Positions 53,720-64,000 of a DNA stretch of 64,000 bases are shown in pieces. The notes under the pieces are model-generated. The model ran no database searches, had not been told where the DNA came from, and was given only the letters and a program-made list of their open reading frames with translations. The stretch covers positions 2,420,001 to 2,484,000 of the forward strand of contig NC_086101.1 in NCBI RefSeq assembly GCF_963921235.1, read 5' to 3'. Source of the DNA: Mobula hypostoma (lineage: Eukaryota). Each line of letters begins with the position of its first letter. Within the stretch, counting starts at the first letter, position 1. The position numbers were made by a program, and so were the translations under genes.

Positions 53720-53994
53720 ACGCAAACAACAGGAATTCTACAGATGCTGGAAATTCAAGCAACACACATCCAAGTTGCTGGTGAACGCAGCAGGCCAGGC
53801 GGCATCTCTAGGAAGAGGCGCAGTTGACGTTTCAGGCCGAGACCCTTCGTCAGGACTAACTGAAGGAAGAGTGAGTAAGGGATTTGAAAGTGGGAGGAGA
53901 AGGGGGAGATCCAAAATGATAGGGGAAGACAGGAGGGGGAGGGATGGAGCCAAGAGCTGGACAGGGGATAAGAAATTACAGATGGGGATCACTG
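53720..53994 (-). mobile_element. Solo Penelope terminal-repeat insertion inside L1 ORF2
   Basis: Reverse-complement match to about 31825-32034; 18-bp TSD aactgtgttccatttgaa at 53702-53719 and 53995-54012. Confidence 0.92.
53822..53857 (-). ncRNA. Minimal hammerhead ribozyme motif, second copy
   Basis: AGTC-CTGACGA-AGGGTCTCGGCCT-GAAAC-GTC-AACT; core intact, one stem-I mismatch. Confidence 0.75.
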
Positions 53995-54275
53995 AACTGT
54001 GTTCCATTTGAAGTTCAGTTCTTTGTTTATATAACTGCTCAGAGGGAGCTGTAACATATTTCTTAGCAATTTCCTTAACCTTGTCCACAATTACCAGCTC
54101 CTCCTGCTTCAGCTTCTTCCTCAAAACTGCAGAATACGAGATAATCTGACAACAAACGTTCTTATTCTGATTATTGCCCCCTTCCTTTGCAGTCCTGATG
54201 AAGGCTCTCGGCTCTAAACGTCAACTGTTTATTCCTCTCCATAAATGCTGTGTGGCCCTGCTGATTTTCTGCAGC

Positions 54276-54278
<3 letters not shown>

Positions 54279-54345
<67 letters not shown>

Positions 54346-54352
54346 TGTGTGT

Positions 54353-54386
<34 letters not shown>

Positions 54387-54599
54387 CTCTGTGTGTGTGT
54401 GTGTGTCTGTGTTTGTGTGTGTGTATGTGTCTGTGCATGTGTGTGTGTGTATCTGTGTGTATGTGTGTGTGTGTGTGTGTCTGTGTTTGTGTGTGTATGT
54501 CTGTGCATGTGTGTGTGTGTATGTATCTGTGCGTGTGTGTGTGTATGTGTGCGTGTGCGTGTGCGTGTGCGTGTGCGTGTGCGTGTGTGTGTATGTATC

Positions 54600-54654
<55 letters not shown>
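54279..54654. repeat. Compound (GT)n/(GCGTGT)n microsatellite
   Basis: Direct reading. Confidence 0.98.
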
Positions 54655-54655
<1 letters not shown>

Positions 54656-54914
54656 GCTCTGGATTTCCAGCGTCAGGATCTCTTGTGCCCAAGACTGACT
54701 CACTCTTACAAACCCTGATGTCTTTGGAATGCGTGAGGCAGGCACGGAGCATCTCCACTCTCTGAGATTGTCCAATATTCCACCCCCCCACCCCTTTCCA
54801 ACAACGTTCTACAGGAACAACACAGTGTGGGATGCAAGCTGCAAAGCACCGGACTGTAAAACCCCACGGTGGAGAGTAAAAATCACAAAGCGGATCACCG
54901 GGGTTGACAATCAC

Positions 54915-57900
54915 AACCACCCACCCCACAATCTCTGTAAACACCACCCGTCCCACAGTGTCTGTGAACACCACCCATCCCACAATCTCTGTGAACACCA
55001 CCCGTCCCACAGTGTCTGTGAACACCACCCGTCCCACAATCTCTGTGAACACCACCCGTCCCACAGTGTCTGTAAACACCACCCGTCCCACAATCTCTGT
55101 AAACACCGCCCGTCCCACAGTGTCTGTAAACACCACCCGTCCCACAGTCTCTGTGAACACCACCCACCCCACAATCTCTGTAAACACCACCCGTCCCACA
55201 ATCTCTGTAAACACCACCCACCCCACAGTGTCTGTGAACACCACCCGTCCCACAGTGTCTGTAAACACCACCCACCCCACAATCTCTGTAAACACCACTC
55301 GTCCCACAGTGTCTGTGAACACCACCCGTCCCACAGTGTCTGTGACCCACCACCCACCCACAGTCTCTGTAAACACCACTCGTCCCAGTGTCTGTGAACA
55401 CCACCCCCCCCCCACAATCTCTGTGACCCACCACCCATCACACAATCTCTGTAAACACCACCCACCCCACAATCTCCGTAAACACTACCCACCCCACAGT
55501 GTCTGTGACCCACCACCCATCACACAATCTCTGTAAACACCACCCGTCCCACAGTGTCTGAGAACACCACCCGTCCGACACTCTCTGTAAACACCACCCA
55601 CCCTACAGTGTCTGTGACCCACCACCCACCCCACAATCTCTGTGAACACCACCCGTCCCACAGTGTCTGTGACCCACCACCCATCACACAATCTCTGTAA
55701 ACACCACCCACCCCACAGTGTCTGTGAACACCACCTGTCTCACAGTGTCTGTGAACACCACCCACTCCACAGTCTCTGTGACCCACCACCCATCACACAA
55801 TCTCTGTGAACACCACCCACCCCACAGTGTCTGTGGACACCACCCGTCCCACAATCTCTGTGAACACCACCCACCCCACAATCTCGGTGAACACCACCCA
55901 CCCCACAGTGTCTGTGAACACCACCCACCCCACAATCTCTGTAAACACCACCCACCCCACAGTGTCTGTGAACACCACCCACCCCACAATCTCTGTAAAC
56001 ACCACCCCCCCAACAATGTCCGTGAACACCACCTACCCCACAATCTCTGTAAACACCACCCGTCCCACAATCTCTGTAAGCACCACCGTCCCACAATGTC
56101 TGTGACCCACCACCCATGACACAATCTCTGTAAACACCATCCGTCCCACAATCTCTGTAAACACCACCCGTCCCACAGTGTCTGTAAACACCACCCGTCC
56201 CACAGTGTCTGTGACCCACCACCCATCACACAATCTCTGTAAACACCATCCGTCCCACAATCTCTGTAAACACCACCCACCCCACAGTGTCTGTGAACAC
56301 CACCTGTCCCACAGTGTCTGTGAACACCACCCACCCCACAGTCTCTGTGACCCACCACCCACCCCACAATCTCTGTGAACACCACCCACCCCACAGTGTC
56401 TGTAAACACCACCCATCCCACAATCATTGTGAACACCACCCGTCCCACAGTGTCTCTGAACACCACCCACCCCACAGTGTCTGTGACGCACCACCCATCA
56501 CACAATCTCTGTAAACACCACCCGTCCCACAATCTCTGTAAACACCACCCACCCCACAGTGTCTGTAAAAACCACCCACCCCACCGTGTCTGTGACGCAC
56601 CACCCATCACACAATCTCTGTAAACAACACCCGTCCCACAATCTCTGTAAACACCACCCGTCCCACAGTCTCTGTGAACACCACCCACCCCACAATCTCT
56701 GTAAACACCACCAACCCCACAGTGTCTGTGAACACCACCTGTCCCACAATCTATGTAAACACCACCCACCCCACAATCTCTGTAAACACCGCTCGTCCCA
56801 CAGTGTCTGTGAACACCACCCGTCCCACAGTGTCTGTGACCCAACACCCACCCCACAGTCTCTGTAAACACCACTCGTCCCAGTGTCTGTGAACACCACC
56901 CCCCCCACAACCTCTGTGACCCACCACCCATCACACTATCTCTGTAAACACCACCCACCCCACAATCTCTGTAAACACCACCCACCCCACAGTGTCTGTG
57001 ACCCACCACCCATCACACAATCTCTGTAAACACCACCCACCCCACAGTGTTTGTGACCCACCACCCACCCCACAATCTCTGTGAACACCACCCGTCCCAC
57101 AGTGTCTGTGACCCACCACCCATCACACAATGTCTGTAAACACCACCCACCCCACAATCTCTGTGAACACCACCCGTCCCACAATGTCTGTGACCCACCG
57201 CCCATCACACAATCTCTGTAAACACCATCCGTCCCACAATCTCTGTAAACACCACCAGTCCCACAGTGTCTGTGACCCACCACACATCACACAGTCTCTG
57301 TAAACACCACCCGTCCCACAATCTCTGTGAACACCACCCGTCCCACAGTCTCTGTAAACACCACCCGTCCCACAATCTCTGTGAACACCACCCGTCCCAC
57401 AGTGTCTCTGAACACCACCCGTCCCACAATCTCTGTAAACACCACCCACCCCACAGTGTCTGTGACCCACCACCCATCACAGAATCTCTGCAAACACCAC
57501 CCACCCCACAGTGTCTGTGAACACCACCCATCACACAATCTCTGTGAACACCACCCACCCCACAGTGTCTGTGAACACCACCTGTCCCACAGTGTCTGTG
57601 AACACCACCCGTCCCACAATCTCTGTAAACACCACCCACCCCACAGTGTCTGTGAACACCACCCACCCCACAGTCTCTGTGACCCACCACCCATCACACA
57701 ATCTCTGTAAACACCACCTACCCCACAGTGTCTGTGAACACCACCCACCCCACAGTCTCTGTGACCCACCACCCACCCCACAATCTCTGTGAACACCACC
57801 CACCCCACAGTATCTGTAAACACCACCCATCCCACAATCATTGTGAACACCACCCGTCCCACAGTGTCTCTGAACACCACCCACCCCACAGTGTCTGTGA

Positions 57901-60900
57901 CGCACCACCCATAACACAATCTCTGTAAACACCACCCGTCCCACAATCTCTGCAAACACCACCCACCCCACAGTGTCTGTAAACACCACCCACCCCACAG
58001 TGTCTGTGACGCACCACCCATCACACAATCTCTTAAACACCACCCGTCCCACAATCTCTGTAAACACCACCCGTCCCACAGTCTCTGTGAACACCACCCA
58101 CCCCACAATCTCTGTAAACACCACCAACCCCACAGTGTCTGTGAACACCACCAGTCCCACAATCTATGTAAACACCACCCACCCCACAATCTCTGTAAAC
58201 ACCGCTCGTCCCACAGTGTCTGTGAACACCACCCGTCCCACAGTGTCTGTGACCCAACACCCACCCCACAGTCTCTGTCAACACCACTCGTCCCAGTGTC
58301 TGTGAACACCACCCCCCCCACAATCTCTGTGACCCACCACCCATCACACTATCTCTGTAAACACCACCCACCCCACAATCTCTGTAAACACCACCCACCC
58401 CACAGTGTCTGTGACCCACCACCCATCACACAATCTCTGTAAACACCAACCACCCCACAGTGTCTGTGAACACCACCCACCCCACAATCCCTGTAAACAC
58501 CAACCACCCCACAGTGTCTGTGAACACCACCCACCCCACAATCCCTGTAAACACCACCCGTCCCACAGTGTCTGTGACCCACCACCCACCCCACAGTCTC
58601 TGTAAACACCACTCGTCCCACAGTGTCTGTGAACACCACCCACCCCACAACCTCTGTGACCCACCACCCATCACACAATCTCTGTAAACATCACCCACCC
58701 CACAATCTCTGTAAACACCACCCACCCCACAGTGTCTGTGACCCACCACCCATCACACAATCTCTGTAAACACCACCCACCCCACAGTGTCTGTGACCCA
58801 CCACCCACCCCACAATCTCTGTGAACACCACCCGTCCCACAGTGTCTGTGACCCACCACCCACCACACAATCTCTGTAAACACCACCCACCCCACAATCT
58901 CTGTGAACACCACCCGTCCCACAATGTCTGTGACCCACCACCCATCACACAATCTCTGTAAATACCATCCGTCCCACAATCTCTGTAAACACCACCCGTC
59001 CCACAGTGTCTGTGACCCACCACCCATCATACAATCTCTGTAAACACCACCCGTCCCACAATCTCTGTAAACACCACCCGTCCCACAATCTCTGTAAACA
59101 CCACCCACCCCACAGTCTCTGTGAACACCACCCACCCCACAATCTCTGTAAACACCACCCGTCCCACAGTGTCTGTGAACACCACCCGTCCCACAGTCTC
59201 TGTGACCCACCACCCACCCCACAATCTCTGTAAACACCACCCGTCCCACAGTGTCTGTGAACACCACCCACCCCACAATCTCTGTAAACACCACCCACCC
59301 CACAGTGTCTGTGAACACCACCCACCCCACAATCTCTGTAAACACCACCCACCCCACAGTGTCTGTGACCCACCACCCATCACACAATCTCTGTAAACAC
59401 CACCCGTCCCACAGTGTCTGTGAACACCACCCACCCCACAATCTCTGTAAACACCACCCGTCCCACAGTGTCTGTGAACACCACCCACCCCACAATCTCT
59501 GTAAACACCACCCACCCCACAGTGTCTGTGAACACCACCCCGTCCCACAATCTCTGTAAACACCACCCACCCCACAGTGTCTGTGAACACCACCCGTCCC
59601 ACAATCTCTGTAAACACCACCCACCCCACAATCTCTGTGAACACCACCCACCCCACAATCTCTGTAAACACCACCCACCCCACAGTCTCTGTGACCCACC
59701 ACCCATCACACAATCTCTGTAAACACCACCCACCCCACAATCTCTGTGAACACCACCCGTCCCACAGTGTCTGTGACCCACCACCCATCACACAATCTCT
59801 GTAAACACCACCCGTCCCACAATCTCTGTAAACACCACCCACCCCACAGTCTCTGTGACCCACCACCCATCACACAATCTCTGTAAACACCACCCACCCC
59901 ACAATCTCTGTAAACACCACCCGTCCCACAGTGTCTGTGAACACCACCCGTCCCACAATCTCTGTAAACACCACCCACCCCACAGTCTCTGTGACCCACC
60001 ACCCGTCACACAATCTCTGTAAACACCACCCGTCCCACAGTGTCTGTGAACACCACCCACCCCACAATCTCTGTAAACACCACCCACCCCACAGTGTCTG
60101 TGGACACCACCTACCCCGCAATCTCTGTAAACACCACCCGTCACACAATCTCTGTAAACACCACCCGTCCCACAATGTCTGTGACCCACCACCCATCATA
60201 CAATCTCTGTAAACACCACCCATCACACAGTCTCTGTAAACACCACCCACCCCACAGTGTCTGTGAACACCACCCGTCCCACAATCTCTGTAAACACCAC
60301 CCACCCCACAGTGTCTGTGAACACCACCCACTCCCACAGTGTCTGTAAACACCACCCGTCCCACAATCTCTGTAAACACCACCCGTCCCACAATCTCTGT
60401 AAACACCACCCGTCCCACAGTGTCTGTGAACACCACCCGTCCCACAGTCTCTGTAAACACCACCCACCCCACAGTCTCTGTGACCCACCACCCACCCCAC
60501 AATCTCTGTAAACACCACCCACCCCACAGTGTCTGTGAACACCACCCGTCCCACAGTCTCTGTGACCCACCACCCACCCCACAATCTCTGTAAACACCAC
60601 CCATCCCACAGTGTCTGTGACCCACCACCCACCCCACAATCTCTGTGCACACCACCCGTCCCACAGTGTCTGTAAACACCACCCACCCCACAATCTCTGT
60701 AAACACCACCCGTCCCACAGTGTCTGTAAACACCACCCACCCCACAATCTCTGTAAACACCACCCGTCCCACAGTTGTTGTGAACACCACCCACCCCACA
60801 GTCTCTGTAAACACCACCCGTCCCACAGTGTCTGTGAACACCACCAGTCCCACAATCTCTGGAAACACCACCCACCCCACAATCTCTGTAAACATCACCC

Positions 60901-63900
60901 ACCCCACAGTTGTTGTGAACACCACCCGTCACACAATCTCTGTAAACACCACCCACCCCACAGTGTCTGTGAACACCACCCACCCCACAATCTCTGTAAA
61001 CACCACCCGTCCCACAGTGTCTGTGAACACCACCCGTCCCACAGTGTCTGTGACCCACCACCCGTCACACAATCTCTGTAAACACCACCCGTCCCACAAT
61101 CTCTGTAAACACCACCCACCCCACAGTCTCTGTGACCCACCACCCATCACACAATCTCTGTAAACACCACCCGTCCCACAATCTCTGTAAACACCACCCA
61201 CCCCACAGTGTCTGTGACCCACCACCTACCCCACAATCTCTGTAAACACCACCCACCCCACAGTGTCTGTGAACACCACCCACCCCACAATCTCGGTAAA
61301 CACCACCCACCCCACAGTGTCTGTGACCACCACCCGTCCCACAATCTCTGTAAACACCACCCACCCCACAGTGTCTGTGAACACCACCCACCCCACAATC
61401 TCTGTAAACACCACCCACCCCACAGTGTCTGTGAACACCACCTACCCCACAATCTCTGTAAACACCACCCGTCCCACAATGTCTGTGACCCACCACCCAT
61501 CACACAATCTCTGTAAACACCACCCATCCCACAATCTCTGTGAACACCACCCGTCCCACAGTGTCTGTGACCCACCACCCATCATACAATCTCTGTAAAC
61601 ACCATCCGTCCCACAATCTCTGTAAACACCACCCGTCCCACAGTGTCTCTGAACACCACCCGTCCCACAATCTCTGTAAACACCACCCACCCCACAGTCT
61701 TTGTGAACACCACCAGTCCCACAGTGTCTGTGAACACCACCCACCCCACAGTCTCTGTGACCCACCACCCATCACGCAATCTCTGTAAACACCACCCACC
61801 CCACAGTGTCTGTGAACACCACCCACTCCACAGTCTCTGTGACCCACCACCCATCACACAATCTCTGTAAACACCACCCGTCCCACAGTGTCTGTGAACA
61901 CCACCCACCCCACAATCTCTGTGACCCACCACCCATCACACAATCTCTGTAAACACCACCCGTCCCACAGTGTCTGTGAACACCACCCGTCCCACAGTGT
62001 CTGTGACCCACCACCCATCATACAATCTCAGTAAACACCACCCGTCCCACAGTGTCTGTGACCCACCACCCATCACACAATCTCTGTAAACACCACCCGT
62101 CCCACAATCTCTGTAAACACCACCCACCCCACAATCTCTGTAAACACCACCCGTCCCACAATCTCTGTGAACACCACCCACCCCACAATCTCTGTAAACA
62201 CCACCCGTCCCACAGTGTCTGTGAACACCACCCGTCCCACAGTCTCTGTGACCCACCACCCATCACACAATCTCTGTAAACACCACCCACCCCACAGTGT
62301 CTGTGAACACCACCCACCCCACAGTCTCTGTGACCCACCACCCATCACACAATCTCTGTAAACACCACCCGTCCCACAGTGTCTGTGAACACCACCCGTC
62401 CCACAATCTCTGTAAACACCACCCACCCCACAGTCTCTGTGACCCACCACCCGTCACACAATCTCTGTAAACACCACCCGTCCCACAATCTCTGTGAACA
62501 CCACCCACCCCACAATCTCTGTAAACACCACCCCTCCCACAGTGTCTGTGAACACCACCCGTCCCACAATCTCTGTAAACACCACCCACCCCACAGTCTC
62601 TGTGACCCACCACCCATCACACAATCTCTGTAAACACCACCCGTCCCACAATCTCTGTGAACACCACCCACCCCACAATCTCTGTAAACACCACCCGTCC
62701 CACAGTGTCTGTGAACACCACCCACCCCACAATCTCTGTAAACACCACCCCTCCCACAGTGTCTGTGAACACCACCCGTCCCACAATCTCTGTAAACACC
62801 ACCCACCCCACAGTCTCTGTGACCCACCACCCATCACACAATCTCTGTAAACACCATCCACCCCACAATCTCTGTGAACACCACCCGTCCCACAATCTCT
62901 GTAAACACCACCCGTCCCACAGTGTCTGTGAACACCACCCGTCCCACAATCTCTGTAAACACCACCCACCCCACAGTCTCTGTGACCCACCACCCGTCAC
63001 ACAATCTCTGTAAACACCACCCGTCCCACAATCTCTGTGAACACCACCCACCCCACAATCTCTGTAAACACCACCCCTCCCACAGTGTCTGTGAACACCA
63101 CCCGTCCCACAATCTCTGTGAACACCACCCACCCCACAGTCTCTGTGACCCACCACCCGTCACACAATCTCTGTAAACACCATCCGTCGCACAATCTCTG
63201 TGAACACCACCCACCCCACAATCTCTGTAAACACCACCCGTCCCACAGTGTCTGTGAACACCACCCACCCCACAATCTCTGTAAACACCACCCCTCCCAC
63301 AGTGTCTGTGAACACCATCCGTCCCACAATCTCTGTAAACACCACCCACCCCACAGTCTCTGTGACCCACCACCCGTCACACAATCTCTGTAAACACCAC
63401 CCGTCCCACAATCTCTGTGAACACCACCCACCCCACAATCTCTGTAAACACCACCCGTCCCACAGTGTCTGTGAACACCACCCGTCCCACAATCTCTGTA
63501 AACACCACCCACCCCACAGTGTCTGTGAACACCACCCACCCCACAGTCTCTGTGACCCACCACCCATCACACAATCTCTGTAAACACCACCCATCCCACA
63601 GTGTCTGTGAACACCACCTGTCCCACAGTGTCTGTGACCCACCACCCATCATACAATCTCTTTAAACACCATCCGTCCCACAATCTCTGTAAACACCACC
63701 CACCCCACAGTCTCTGTGAACACCACCCACCCCACAATCTCTGTGAACACCACCCACCCCACAGTGTCTGTGACCCACCACCCATCACACAATCTCTGTA
63801 AACACCACCCACCCCACAGTGTCTGTGAACACCACCCACTCCACAGTCTCTGTGACCCACCACCCATCATACAATCTCTGTAAACACCACCCGTCCCACA

Positions 63901-64000
63901 GTGTCTGTGACCCACCACCCATCACACAATCTCTGTAAACACCATCCGTCCCACAATCTCTGTAAACACCACCCGTCCCACAGTCTCTGTGACCCACCAC
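54915..64000. repeat. Over 9-kb 27/28-bp minisatellite running off the right edge
   Basis: Unit aacaccaccc(gt/ac)cccaca(atc/gtg)tctgt(a/g), with a 28-bp variant acccaccacccatcacacaatctctgta. Confidence 0.98.

Larger units (their letters stand above)
50590..54150 (-). mobile_element. L1-clade LINE, 5'-truncated, ORF2 RT and C-terminus disrupted
   Basis: KAPGPDGFTVEFYK, YRPISLLNVD, RQGCPLSPLLF, LYADD, YLGI, GGLALPNF, CDRC..HMFWSC. AATAAA at 50619-50624 (-) and a poly(A)-like tail at 50590-50611. Very AT-rich. Confidence 0.95.

Noticed and set aside
54690..54910. Candidate exon between the two repeat arrays
   Set aside because: AG/GT signals exist on both strands but no frame gives a recognisable peptide.
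54171..64000. Mucin-like or Cys/Gly-rich ORFs
   Set aside because: Micro- and minisatellite translations with constant frame switching from 27/28-bp units.

Overview
Vertebrate genomic DNA, very repeat-dense. The CR1/Rex1/Penelope repertoire suggests a cartilaginous fish such as a ray (inference). The only host gene I can support is prefoldin subunit 6 (PFDN6) on the minus strand. Coding exon 1 is 24101-24038 and exon 2 is 8355-8285; the remaining exons are presumably left of the window. Its 15.7-kb first intron opens with an 8.5-kb CpG/GC-box-rich minisatellite. The rest is nested retroelements (many CR1 LINEs, Rex1/Babar-type LINEs, one L2, one L1, one Penelope-like element with RT and GIY-YIG), an IR/DR-type Tc1 remnant, and several tandem arrays, two with higher-order structure. 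The most interesting signal is a set of minimal type-I hammerhead ribozyme motifs in Penelope terminal repeats: intact at 31937-31972 (+), near-intact at 53822-53857 (-), plus split, inverted and decayed copies. Nearly all long ORFs in the track come from stop-free repeats and are not genes. TE boundaries are read by eye and are approximate unless a TSD is cited.
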